From contig QXYA01000101.1 of assembly GCA_009887135.1 (NCBI GenBank), positions 1-50,964 on the forward strand: a stretch of 50,964 nt of DNA, read 5' to 3'. Position 1 is the first letter of the stretch, and each line of letters begins with the position of its first letter. Under the pieces are notes generated by a model. That model made no database searches. It was not told the origin of the DNA and saw nothing but the letters and a program-made list of their open reading frames with translations. Shown in pieces: positions 20,129 to 29,308 of this stretch. The position numbers and the translations under genes were made by a program. The DNA is from Candidatus Poseidoniales archaeon. GTDB lineage: Archaea > Thermoplasmatota > Poseidoniia > Poseidoniales > Poseidoniaceae.

Positions 20129-21835
20129 ATGCATACTGGAACGGTTGATTTGCGACTACCAAGTCTCCGAAAAGATCCCTTTTCCCAAGGAGCTATCTCG
20201 GCAAAGGAGTCCAACCTTCTTGTTGGAAGGCACTCACACTTCGAAGAGATGGAGAAGAATATCCAATTCAAATCATCTCGAAGGATTCTTCTTGTAGGCG
20301 AATATGGGTCTGGGAAGACTTCATTCGTCAACTGTATTGGCGGTAAGACAAATTTGCACATCCATGTTGACCGAATTGATACAATGAATCCTGGTTTGGA
20401 GTTACTTCGAGATATTTATTCCCAAGTTGTTAATGCCACAGCGCCTAATGATCATAAAAAACTTGAACGAGAACTTGAAGCCTCTCTTCACAACAAAAGA
20501 AATTACTTGCCGTTAATATCAGTTGATGCTGATATGGCTAATATTGCTTCTTTAGAGGCTTGCTTACTGGCCTCAATGCCCTTTTTCGAACGTTTATCTG
20601 CATTGATTGTTGTAGCCGTCAATCCAAATCAAAAATCTCTTCTCTCTGAACAGATAAGAGAACGTTTCGAAGTAAGACTGATGCAGGAATTGGATGTAGA
20701 TTGTGTAAAAGCCCTTGTTGAACGCCGAATTGCGACGTGTTCAAACGAACCCTATCAGATGACTACAGAGGAAGCTGGAAAGGTATTGGCTGCGAGCCGA
20801 AACGGTCATCCAGGATCTATTATCAAAGTTCTACGAGCCGTAATTGATGGTCAGATGTTACCTGAATTACCAAGGAGTTCGATTGCAGAACAGACCGTCA
20901 TCGAACAAATTGCCCCCCCCACTCCTCAAGAAGTTGATGCGAGCCCTTTCAATCAGGAAGAGGAACTACTCGATGAACTTGAATCAGCGGGAATTCCTGA
21001 GCAAGAAGAAGAAACAGATGTCCAAGCTACCGATGAGTGGGAGGATGGGCCTGGTATGTCTGGTACCATGGGCTTTGATCTCAATCTCGAATCACTTGAA
21101 GAACCAATTATGGAGGAAACTAAGGAGAAGCCCATTGAGGATACATATGTGACTGAAGACAGTTTACAACCAGTTGGTATCTTTGGAGGACTTAGAGGTC
21201 GTTGGAAACAGACCAGCCAGTCGATAAACGAGGCAGAAGAACCGGAAGGCGAGTATAAACAACTCGATGGTGCTAATTCCTTATGGGTGAGCAAAGACTC
21301 ACTTACGTTACAGGACGATTCTGAAGAGGATGTTTTAGAGGTTGTAGACGATCAAGAACCTGAAGATCTCATACCGGATTCCTTTGAGTCCGACTACCAA
21401 CAGATGGTTGAAGAAAACACTCCTCTGCCAAACCAATCGATGTTGGAAACACTTACCGATTTACTCTCAAAACTTCTTTCTCCCTCAGGAGATAATACGG
21501 TTTCGAACAAGCTTGCTGAAAGCCTACAAACTCTTTCTCGCCCCAAAATAGGAACTAAAGCAGAACATCCTCTAAAAGTCCAAGTTCTGACATCACTCAC
21601 GAATGCAGAGACGATTGTTGTTTCAATCGCTCAACAACGAACGATATCTCCTTCCGACAAACAGTTGTTGGAGAAATTGAACATTAAACGAGCAAGACTG
21701 TCACAGATTTGTAATCGATTACACAAAGCAGGCATACTTGATGTAAGGATGGTTGGACGGTCGAGAATGTTTGGTCTAACCCGAACAGCACTTGCCCAAA
21801 TGATGGCATGGGGCCTCGTAGGAGGTGATGTGTGA
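20129..21835 (+). CDS. AAA+/P-loop NTPase-like protein with long acidic linker and C-terminal winged helix-turn-helix
   Basis: 'LVGR..HFEEM' then Walker A 'ILLVGEYGSGKTS'; degenerate Walker B 'LISVDAD'; 'NGHPG.II' lid motif; ~200-aa D/E/P-rich linker; C-terminal 'LNIKRARLSQICNRLHKAGILDVRMVGRSRMFGLT'. Start ATG 20129 (20093 also possible). Confidence 0.7.
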   Translation: MHTGTVDLRLPSLRKDPFSQGAISAKESNLLVGRHSHFEEMEKNIQFKSSRRILLVGEYGSGKTSFVNCIGGKTNLHIHVDRIDTMNPGLELLRDIYSQVVNATAPNDHKKLERELEASLHNKRNYLPLISVDADMANIASLEACLLASMPFFERLSALIVVAVNPNQKSLLSEQIRERFEVRLMQELDVDCVKALVERRIATCSNEPYQMTTEEAGKVLAASRNGHPGSIIKVLRAVIDGQMLPELPRSSIAEQTVIEQIAPPTPQEVDASPFNQEEELLDELESAGIPEQEEETDVQATDEWEDGPGMSGTMGFDLNLESLEEPIMEETKEKPIEDTYVTEDSLQPVGIFGGLRGRWKQTSQSINEAEEPEGEYKQLDGANSLWVSKDSLTLQDDSEEDVLEVVDDQEPEDLIPDSFESDYQQMVEENTPLPNQSMLETLTDLLSKLLSPSGDNTVSNKLAESLQTLSRPKIGTKAEHPLKVQVLTSLTNAETIVVSIAQQRTISPSDKQLLEKLNIKRARLSQICNRLHKAGILDVRMVGRSRMFGLTRTALAQMMAWGLVGGDV

Positions 21836-22872
21836 TGTCTTGGACAGTTTCATGGTCTTGGCAAGCCCCATCGCGGATTAGTGCAATAGCCGTAATAGAT
21901 GGTCAACTTGCAGTAGCCTATGGTTTGGATTTGATTCTCTTTAATGAGTCCAATGAGATCCAATGGAAGCAAACAATGCCGTTCAAGGTTCACGCTATTT
22001 GTAATGGTGAAGGGACAATTGGTATCCTAGCAGCACACGGTTTCTTTGTTCTGAAAACAGTTGATGGGACCATGCTCCACGAAGGTAGAAGCAGCCCAGG
22101 TGGCTTCTTGCACCTTCTTCATCGACCAGGAGGAGGATGGATTCTTTCTGGGAGAGATGGAAATCTCCACCTTTTCGATTCAAATGGTAAAGGAATTCGC
22201 AGAATTTCCTCTGGGATTGTTCGAAGACTTGTCGGATGGCTAGATCGGGAACATTTGCTATGGCAATCTTCTGAAGGAGTTATTTTATGTGGGCAAATCG
22301 CTAACCAAGACAAACGTAGAGTCATTGATACAACAGTTTGGAGTTGGTGCTCTTTGCTTATGGATGGCCGATTGCTTCTGTTATCTTCCGATGGTCAATT
22401 GTGGGAAGGAACCCCCCATCCATTTGGATGGGATTCCATGAATCGAGTTGAAACAGATTCTCTGGAACCTCTCATGGCTACAAGGGCAGGAGATGGATGG
22501 TGGGTGCTCGGAATTGAAGGGCATCTTGACCATTTAGCTACTGAAAACGAATTATCTCGAATAGGAGATGGTATGGAACTTGGCGATTTACTTCTACGAT
22601 TAGGCCGTAATTCGATGATTACTGCTCGTAGAGATGGTTTGACAAGACGTTGGGTTGATCCTGCTCTTGCAGAAGAAGAAAAGCGGCACAGGCATCAAGA
22701 AGCAGCAGATGCGAAACTTGCTCGTAGCTGGGAAGAACGACGAACATTGTTCCAGAGAGCACAAACTGCAGAGGATGAAGGTCGCCTTTCACGAGCGATC
22801 GAATTGTATGAAGCTCTTGGTAGAAAAGACGACGTAAAGCGTCTCTTAGGGCGACAAAAAGGTGGTGATTGA
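21832..22872 (+). CDS. Beta-propeller (WD40/PQQ-like) protein with C-terminal helical/TPR-like tail
   Basis: Trp-rich beta repeats such as 'ILSGRDGNLHLFD', 'LLLSSDGQLW' and 'ITARRDGLTRRW'; tail 'AEDEGRLSRAIELYEALGR'. GTGA overlap with the upstream stop and GGAGGTGA RBS. Confidence 0.6.
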   Translation: MMSWTVSWSWQAPSRISAIAVIDGQLAVAYGLDLILFNESNEIQWKQTMPFKVHAICNGEGTIGILAAHGFFVLKTVDGTMLHEGRSSPGGFLHLLHRPGGGWILSGRDGNLHLFDSNGKGIRRISSGIVRRLVGWLDREHLLWQSSEGVILCGQIANQDKRRVIDTTVWSWCSLLMDGRLLLLSSDGQLWEGTPHPFGWDSMNRVETDSLEPLMATRAGDGWWVLGIEGHLDHLATENELSRIGDGMELGDLLLRLGRNSMITARRDGLTRRWVDPALAEEEKRHRHQEAADAKLARSWEERRTLFQRAQTAEDEGRLSRAIELYEALGRKDDVKRLLGRQKGGD

Positions 22873-23169
22873 ATGGATCCAGGGAAAACGTTGACCGAAG
22901 AGCGAGTTGAACATTATCTCTCAATTACTCGAAAAGCCCGTGAAAAAGCAACACCGCTCGTTCAAGAAGGAAGTCCAGAAGCGGACATGCTCAACACATT
23001 GTTATCTATGGCCGATGACTATTCTTCCGATGCTCAATATTTCTTGAAACAGGGCGATTTCATACGAGCCTTTGGAGCAATAAATTACGCCCATGCCTGG
23101 ATTGACGCTGGAGTTAAATTACGCCTACTAGATGGGCATGGTGATGACGTATTGTTTACGCTACCATAG
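22873..23169 (+). CDS. DUF357 family protein
   Basis: 'MA.DYSSDAQYFLKQGD.IRAFGAINYAHAWIDAG' matches the archaeal DUF357 motif; directly abuts the upstream stop. Confidence 0.85.
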   Translation: MDPGKTLTEERVEHYLSITRKAREKATPLVQEGSPEADMLNTLLSMADDYSSDAQYFLKQGDFIRAFGAINYAHAWIDAGVKLRLLDGHGDDVLFTLP

Positions 23170-23575
23170 ATTCTGAACCTTGTTCATTGGAAATAGAATG
23201 TACGATATTTTTGACTGTATCGATCCCACAAAGGATATCTTTGGCGCGAACTTGTGCAATTTGTATAAATGGCATAAGAGATTGTTCTAATGTGTGTCTC
23301 AAACGATACATGTGAGCAGGTCTCCCGCGATTGCTCTGATTAATAGCACTATGAACAATAAGGTTCATTTCACGAAGTTCATTAATGGCGATACTTACAT
23401 CAGGTTGGCGTAAATGACACTTTGTTTGCAGATCTCTGGATGTCGATGCTCCATGATAATGGAGGCATGTAAGGACAGTGGCCGTATGTGCTTGTATTCC
23501 GAGTTCAATTAGTTGTTTACAAAGAGAGTTATGTAGGATTTTAGAAGGTCTATTGACAGTTGTAGGTTCATCCAT
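23156..23575 (-). CDS. Predicted transcriptional regulator, TrmB/ArsR-like wHTH (COG4738-like)
   Basis: 'TSRDLQ...LRQPDVSIAINELRE...GRPAHMYRL' resembles the euryarchaeal LRQPEVS family. Confidence 0.75.
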   Translation of the reverse strand: MDEPTTVNRPSKILHNSLCKQLIELGIQAHTATVLTCLHYHGASTSRDLQTKCHLRQPDVSIAINELREMNLIVHSAINQSNRGRPAHMYRLRHTLEQSLMPFIQIAQVRAKDILCGIDTVKNIVHSISNEQGSESMVA

Positions 23576-23692
23576 ATATACCCCATTTAGTTACCTTATT
23601 TTAACTTCTCACCTACTTGTATCCAAAAACCGCTAGGTATAATGGAAAGACCTATTATTAAAGGCTAAAGTCTCCAATGACGTTTCTGTCTT

Positions 23693-24067
23693 CTATAGAG
23701 AGGATACTAGACGCAGGGTTTTTCGATTCATAACTTCAATCACATCAACACTTGATTCGAAGCATCTTCGCTTCAGGTTTGCATCAACGGTAAGGAGAGG
23801 GATTTCATTTATTCTTGCATGTTCTAGGAGTAAATCATCTGTATGACCAGATTTCTCCTCAACGATTGTTGATCGTTGAAGGAGGAGTTCAAGCATGATG
23901 GTATTTCTGAGGTTTCTTTTTTCTTGAATGAGTGTAAGTTCTTCCAATACTGAAGGCAGGAGAATGAAATGTGGAGGCCCAATAAGTGAAGACAATGCGC
24001 TGTCAATATTGAGTCCAGCATCGATAAGTGCAACCCAGCCACAAGCATCAATGAGCACATCGCCCAT
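23693..24067 (-). CDS. PIN-domain protein (Fcf1/Utp24-like)
   Basis: 'VLIDAC', 'VLEEL', 'TDDLL', 'LTVDANLKRR'; conserved position downstream of eif2g in archaea. Confidence 0.82.
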   Translation of the reverse strand: MGDVLIDACGWVALIDAGLNIDSALSSLIGPPHFILLPSVLEELTLIQEKRNLRNTIMLELLLQRSTIVEEKSGHTDDLLLEHARINEIPLLTVDANLKRRCFESSVDVIEVMNRKTLRLVSSL

Positions 24068-24076
24068 GACATCATC

Positions 24077-25315
24077 TCACTGGATGGTCCCGTGACCAAT
24101 TAATCTCCATCGTGCGCCAACTCTTCTTGAGAGTGAAACACGTTGACCTTCATCAGCGCAGATTGGAAGTCGTAGATGGAGTGTGGCTTTTCCTTTCTCA
24201 GCACCCTTCACTACACCTACTGATGTTGAAGTTGCTACGTTTACCATCAACATCTCATTGTTTCGAAGAGGATAAATTTTGTCAGCTCCTTCTCCATCAC
24301 CTGAAACCATCGTATCCATTAGTTCCACTGAGATAGAACACTCAGTTCGAATTGTCGGTAACTCGCCCTTCTTGGCTAGAACCTGTCCAGAGAGGTTATC
24401 CGCAGTTGTAATTGACGGGTCGAGAAGAGTTCCAAGGCCACACAATCCACCTGCCATCATGACGTCACGTTTCCCGCCTCCGCCTTGCATGCTCGTGATG
24501 GTGGTTTCAATGGGCTCCCATCGTGTTTTGTTTCCTTGTTCGATTTTTCGTCCTGGTCCGATGATGATTTCGTCACCTTCTCTGAACGCCCCCTCGACAA
24601 TTGATCCTCCGATGACGCCCCCTGTCAGTTTTGCAGGGCGTGTGCCTGGTCGATTTACGTCAAATGAGCGAGCGATATGCATGACTGCTCTTTCGTCTTC
24701 TTGACGGTTTGGAGTTGGAATTGTTTGTTCGATTGCTTCGATCAGGATATCGAGGTTTACATCATGGTGAGCAGATACTGGGATTACAGGAGCATTTTGA
24801 GCAATTGTTCCCTCTAGGAATTCCTTGATTTCATTGTAGGATTCCATTGCTCTTTCTTTGGTGACAAGATCAATTTTGTTTTGAACAATAACGATGTTCT
24901 TGATTCCTGCAATTTCCAGTGCCATAAGGTGCTCTCGTGTTTGTGGTTGAGGGCATGTTTCATTCGCAGCAACCATCAACATAGCGCCATCCATAATGGA
25001 CGCTCCAGTGATCATGATTGCCATCAAAGTCTCGTGACCGGGTGCATCGACGAAGGATACAACCCGTTGTAGTTCAGAATCAATGTCTTTCCCACCCTCT
25101 GGGCGGCGGCCTGTGGCATAGTATTGCCCAGAGTCGGTTTTGTAGAATGCAGTATCGGCATATCCCAACTTGATCGAGATACCTCTACGTCGTTCTTCAG
25201 AATGAGTATCGGTCCAAACTCCAGAAAGAGCTTGTGTAAGAGTTGTTTTCCCGTGATCAACATGTCCAACAAGGCCAATATTGACTTCAGGTTGGGACGG
25301 AAGCGTTCTTGCCAT
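24077..25315 (-). CDS. eif2g: Translation initiation factor 2 subunit gamma (aIF2-gamma)
   Basis: 'QPEVNIGLVGHVDHGKTT', 'RGISIKLGYA', 'DAPGHE', 'QNKID', 'RWRLIG.G'. Confidence 0.97.
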   Translation of the reverse strand: MARTLPSQPEVNIGLVGHVDHGKTTLTQALSGVWTDTHSEERRRGISIKLGYADTAFYKTDSGQYYATGRRPEGGKDIDSELQRVVSFVDAPGHETLMAIMITGASIMDGAMLMVAANETCPQPQTREHLMALEIAGIKNIVIVQNKIDLVTKERAMESYNEIKEFLEGTIAQNAPVIPVSAHHDVNLDILIEAIEQTIPTPNRQEDERAVMHIARSFDVNRPGTRPAKLTGGVIGGSIVEGAFREGDEIIIGPGRKIEQGNKTRWEPIETTITSMQGGGGKRDVMMAGGLCGLGTLLDPSITTADNLSGQVLAKKGELPTIRTECSISVELMDTMVSGDGEGADKIYPLRNNEMLMVNVATSTSVGVVKGAEKGKATLHLRLPICADEGQRVSLSRRVGARWRLIGHGTIQ

Positions 25316-25355
25316 GCTTCCATTCCTCCTTATTCAACGACGACCCTCTCGGGTT

Positions 25356-25877
25356 TCACTCCGCAGGTGCTGCACCTTCGCCTGCACCGAGCAATGTGTC
25401 AAGTCCGATGTTTCCTGCATCGACAACTTTCAGATTGATTTGACGTGTGTCTTGAGTGATTGTGTTTCCACGGAATACTCTACGCATTCGCATACCTTCT
25501 GGCTTGTATCGGAAACGCTTCTTTTCACCTTTCTTGGTCTTTGAGACCAAGTAATGTCCTTTGAAACCAGTTGAAGCAGTAACAAGAATTGCTTGTCGGG
25601 AACCTCCTTCGAGGTCACGACGCATTGGAGTGCCAGTTTTGTCTGAGCCTCCAGTGATTTCGAGTTTGTAGCCAGTAAGGAGTGATTCCCCTTCGCCGAC
25701 GAAGACACCTTCGATAACATCGCCGATCTTCTTTCCGAGTAATTGAGCATGGTTTGTACCTGAAATAACCGTCTTGTATGACGGGGAGTACGTCTTTTCC
25801 TTACCACCGTTTGTGGTTCGAGTCAACTTGGTTGTGGTGTCGTTGACCACTGCAACAAATGAGTTTCCTTCAGCCAT
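25356..25877 (-). CDS. rps6e: 30S ribosomal protein S6e
   Basis: 'LLGKKIGD', 'YKLEITGGSDKTGTPMRRD', 'RGNTI...RQINLKVV'; upstream of eif2g. Start reassigned to ATG 25877. Confidence 0.93.
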   Translation of the reverse strand: MAEGNSFVAVVNDTTTKLTRTTNGGKEKTYSPSYKTVISGTNHAQLLGKKIGDVIEGVFVGEGESLLTGYKLEITGGSDKTGTPMRRDLEGGSRQAILVTASTGFKGHYLVSKTKKGEKKRFRYKPEGMRMRRVFRGNTITQDTRQINLKVVDAGNIGLDTLLGAGEGAAPAE

Positions 25878-25944
25878 AAAGCATTCCTCTAGCAACTTAG
25901 CGACAAACGACCCCTATTTAGCCTCACCGCATTGGATTCGTTCA

Positions 25945-27129
25945 TCATCCGTTCAGTTTTTTGACAACACGGCCTTCAATTCTGGCAGCAACATCCATTG
26001 GAAGGGCATGCGGCATCGAGATATGGGTCGTTCTTCCACGACCATCACCAACAGTATCTACGCGAGTGTCAATAATGCTCAACCCCTCAATTATTTTGAG
26101 ATATTTCCAAACTGTTGTGTGGCTTCTAGGCTTTACTTCGTATTCTTCACAAACGACCGTGTACATCGATTCTACATCTTTACTTGTCATGAATTCAGTT
26201 TTGCGTAGGCGTCGGCAAATACCCAAAAGAACCAGCATCGGATGGCCTGTTAACTCATCAAGAACATCTTCAGGCATGACCTGAGGTATGGCTTTAGCCC
26301 GTGTTTGAACATGTTCTGGCTCGAGCATGGATTTCCCGTCAGACTCCGCATGTTCGACAGCACCATTGAGTAATTCGATGACTTGACGCGCATCGCCAGA
26401 AGGTGCTGCAGAAGTGGCAATAAGTTTGAGAATTTCTTCAGTCCATGATTGTGGGTTCAGTGCAGCTTCTGCTCGCTGACGAGTAATCGCTAGTAAACCG
26501 TCGTAATCATATGATGGAATCGGCAAATGGTTCGTGTGTCCAAAGCGAGAGATGACTGCATTTTCGAGTACATCAAGAACCTGCTCTTGACTGATTAGAA
26601 TAAGAGAAATCGTCCCACTACCTTCCTGATCTTCATCAATACGAAGGAGTTGGTAAATCAGATCGTTTCCAGATTTTCGCAGCAGGTGATCAACCTCATC
26701 GAGTACAATAATCAGATGTCGTTCATTTGAGCGTAGTAGGCGTCGAAGGCTGTTGAGCAACTCGCCCATTGAAAGTCCTCTATCCGGATGCCCTGCATCC
26801 AATGTCTGAACAATACGTTGTGCGACTCGGACATTTGTTGTTGCATTCCTACAATTGATGTGGACGCTTCTAATCTGACGTTTATTTCTTAGATGATGTT
26901 CAATATCACGACAAAAAGTCCTAGCAAGTAATGTCTTACCACTTCCGACTGGTCCCGTGATGACAACGTTAGCACTACTGTTTGGATGGGATATCGAATG
27001 AAACTTTGCAGCGAGGTTACTTTGAATCTCTCCGCGCCCGACCATCGCTTCTGGCATGAAATCAAAATCCAACGGACCAGGGTCTAGAAGGATAAGACCA
27101 GAACCAATTCGATCAAGGTAGTCGCTCAT
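25945..27129 (-). CDS. cdc6: Cdc6/Orc1 replication initiation protein
   Basis: 'LDFDFMPE..VGR', Walker A 'GPVGSGKT', 'HINC', Walker B 'IVLDEVDHL', 'GDARQVIELL', C-terminal wing 'GRGRTT.I'. Start ATG 27129. Confidence 0.93.
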   Translation of the reverse strand: MSDYLDRIGSGLILLDPGPLDFDFMPEAMVGRGEIQSNLAAKFHSISHPNSSANVVITGPVGSGKTLLARTFCRDIEHHLRNKRQIRSVHINCRNATTNVRVAQRIVQTLDAGHPDRGLSMGELLNSLRRLLRSNERHLIIVLDEVDHLLRKSGNDLIYQLLRIDEDQEGSGTISLILISQEQVLDVLENAVISRFGHTNHLPIPSYDYDGLLAITRQRAEAALNPQSWTEEILKLIATSAAPSGDARQVIELLNGAVEHAESDGKSMLEPEHVQTRAKAIPQVMPEDVLDELTGHPMLVLLGICRRLRKTEFMTSKDVESMYTVVCEEYEVKPRSHTTVWKYLKIIEGLSIIDTRVDTVGDGRGRTTHISMPHALPMDVAARIEGRVVKKLNG

Positions 27130-27196
27130 GCTGATTGGCTCTTGTCGCCAACCGTTCTTGAACACTCGTACTCAATCAAGAATGAAAAGTAGAGTC

Positions 27197-28306
27197 TCAG
27201 GGTATCTCATCAAATTGATATCCCATTTCCCACTTCTTTTCGCCAAGTGCTACTTCAAGTTCGTAAGGAGTAATCAGCGGTTTAGCATACCTGACCGCAT
27301 CATCAATAGCGATACGTGGACAAGCAGTGTTCACAAAGGCATCTACTGGATAGAAGTCAATGAGCTCTGGTCCAACGTGTTCGAGAGCGAGAAGATATCC
27401 CTTCTTTCCATGCTTTTCAAGGAGTCTTTTCATTCGAAGAGCGAGTGTTCGACGCATTTGTCCAGGCTTCTCTCCAATCAGGATTCCAAATCGATTTGCG
27501 TCCATGCACGACATAATCAGTCCAGATCGCTGTCGTAGAATGCGCTCGATACGTTCAAAGGACATTTCAATTGCATCGCCTGAGTAAGGATCGAGCATAG
27601 CAAGTGGTTTTCCAGTATGCAAGACAAGGCCAATCGGATGGAAATCTCCACTTCCGAGGAAGAGGTAATGCCCAATCGTATCATCGTCACCGGAATAATT
27701 GCAACCAAGAACTTGACCGGGGAATGTTAAACGAGCCCCACCCATCGGTATTGTGACATCATATCCTGCTTTTTCGAGACGGTCATGGAAATCAGGTAGG
27801 AGGTGAAGATGTTGGATACTCCCCACAAGCCCTAATTTGGTGTCTTTAAGCGGAGTCATTCTTCCCACAGCATCCATAAATCGATCTTTTGCTTCTTCTT
27901 CAGAAAGGTCAGTCTCGACATCTTGATTCTCCATACGTCCCTTGGCGATTGCAAGATGCTTGTTCAACATTGGAATGACAGGAGCCAAGTCTGGATCTCC
28001 ATCATATGTGACGTCAATAAATTGAGTTGGCATACCCGATTCGATATTCATCTGAGAGTGGCCCATGTGGGCGACTAATTCCACGCCCATCATCTGCATT
28101 TTATCGTGAACAAGATCACAGGCCCCGTAACAAGGATCTGCAGCCAAAACAACTTTTGCACTTGAAGCAGTTTCAATTTCGTCCATCATTTCTAATGCCT
28201 GCATTTTCAACCCTTCAGGAACTTGTAAGGCCACAAGGCGATGATCATTTTCCTGAATACGTCCAATTAGTTCGTCAAGTTTGAAATCGTGTCTGTCTAA
28301 GTCCAT
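27197..28306 (-). CDS. dph2: 2-(3-amino-3-carboxypropyl)histidine synthase (diphthamide biosynthesis Dph2)
   Basis: 'LQVPEGLK', Fe-S cysteines in 'PCYGACD', 'GQVLGCN' and 'NTACPRI', 'HMGHS'. Confidence 0.93.
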   Translation of the reverse strand: MDLDRHDFKLDELIGRIQENDHRLVALQVPEGLKMQALEMMDEIETASSAKVVLAADPCYGACDLVHDKMQMMGVELVAHMGHSQMNIESGMPTQFIDVTYDGDPDLAPVIPMLNKHLAIAKGRMENQDVETDLSEEEAKDRFMDAVGRMTPLKDTKLGLVGSIQHLHLLPDFHDRLEKAGYDVTIPMGGARLTFPGQVLGCNYSGDDDTIGHYLFLGSGDFHPIGLVLHTGKPLAMLDPYSGDAIEMSFERIERILRQRSGLIMSCMDANRFGILIGEKPGQMRRTLALRMKRLLEKHGKKGYLLALEHVGPELIDFYPVDAFVNTACPRIAIDDAVRYAKPLITPYELEVALGEKKWEMGYQFDEIP

Positions 28307-28887
28307 TATACCACCTCATCAAGAAGAACTATCTCTGCGCCGTCCATTGTTAATCGAACAATAGAAGATATATCGATAGTTGGATATTTCTTTTTGAGCA
28401 TCTCAAGGCCAGGACCTTTTTCGACAACAGCCACAATAGTCGTGACGCTTGCTCCGGCCCTTTGGACACCCTTGATGACTGCATCAAGTGTCCCTCCAGT
28501 CGAAAGTACATCATCGACAATAGCAATTGATTCTCCTGGTTTGATATCGTTGAGATACATACTTCCTTTGGAATAGCCAGTATTTTGATCGATGACAATT
28601 TCACCATCAAGACCATACGAACGCTTCCGAGCAACAACTTGTGGTAATCCAGTTCGCAAAGACAGAGAAGATGTGAGCGGTAAGCCCATGGCCTCTATAC
28701 CAAGCAGCAAGTCAATTTTACTCCAATCCACTGAGTCGAATACAAGGTCAACTACTGCTTGAAATACATCTGCTTCGAGTCGGGGCACCCCATCTGTAAG
28801 TGGATGGATAAAGTAAGGATAGTCTCCTTTCCAAACAACAGGGGCCTCTTTGAGTGAGGCTGTAAGTCGTTGAATAGCATCGAACAT
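28306..28887 (-). CDS. hpt: Archaeal hypoxanthine/guanine (purine) phosphoribosyltransferase
   Basis: 'YPYFIHPLTDGVP', 'EAMGLP', 'TGYSKG.MY.N', PRPP motif 'IVDDVLSTGGT'. Confidence 0.85.
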   Translation of the reverse strand: MFDAIQRLTASLKEAPVVWKGDYPYFIHPLTDGVPRLEADVFQAVVDLVFDSVDWSKIDLLLGIEAMGLPLTSSLSLRTGLPQVVARKRSYGLDGEIVIDQNTGYSKGSMYLNDIKPGESIAIVDDVLSTGGTLDAVIKGVQRAGASVTTIVAVVEKGPGLEMLKKKYPTIDISSIVRLTMDGAEIVLLDEVV

Positions 28888-28903
28888 GATTCCACGTCTT
28901 TGC

Positions 28904-29308
28904 TCAAATCTCAGAGAGGTACTCTACGTACTCATCTGGTTCGAGTAGGTTTTCCATGTCCAATTGGAATGGTTGGAGGACAAGAATCCACCCTAGGTCA
29001 TATGCGGATTCGTTGACGAGATCCGGATTGATTTCAACCTCTCCGTTTACTTCAGTGATTGTTCCTGAGAATGGGGCGCTAAAGGCTATTTTCTCTTCAC
29101 CAGTCCATAATGAGAACATGTCTTGTCCTTCATCAACAACGGTTTCAGCTTGTGGGAGTATCACTCGAAGCACTTCGCCAATTTCTACGCCGAGAAACTC
29201 GCTAATACCGACCATGATCTTCTCATCATCTTTTTCTTGGTACCATAAATGGTCAATCGAATATTTACGATTGTGGGCTATGTTAAATTCAACGACTTCT
29301 TCATCCAA
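28904..29308 (-). CDS. Glycine cleavage H-protein-like protein lacking the lipoyl-lysine
   Basis: 'KYSIDHLW', 'VGIS', 'APFSGTITEVN', 'PDLVNESAYDLGWI', 'LL.PDEY' are all GcvH motifs, but 'ESVK' is replaced by 'WTGEE'. TTG start with GGTGA RBS. Confidence 0.8.
   Translation of the reverse strand: MDEEVVEFNIAHNRKYSIDHLWYQEKDDEKIMVGISEFLGVEIGEVLRVILPQAETVVDEGQDMFSLWTGEEKIAFSAPFSGTITEVNGEVEINPDLVNESAYDLGWILVLQPFQLDMENLLEPDEYVEYLSEI

Noticed and set aside
23156-23169. Switch from mostly plus-strand to mostly minus-strand genes as a replication terminus
   Set aside because: Strand bias over 50 kb is too weak to support this, and no dif-like 11-6-11 site was recognised.
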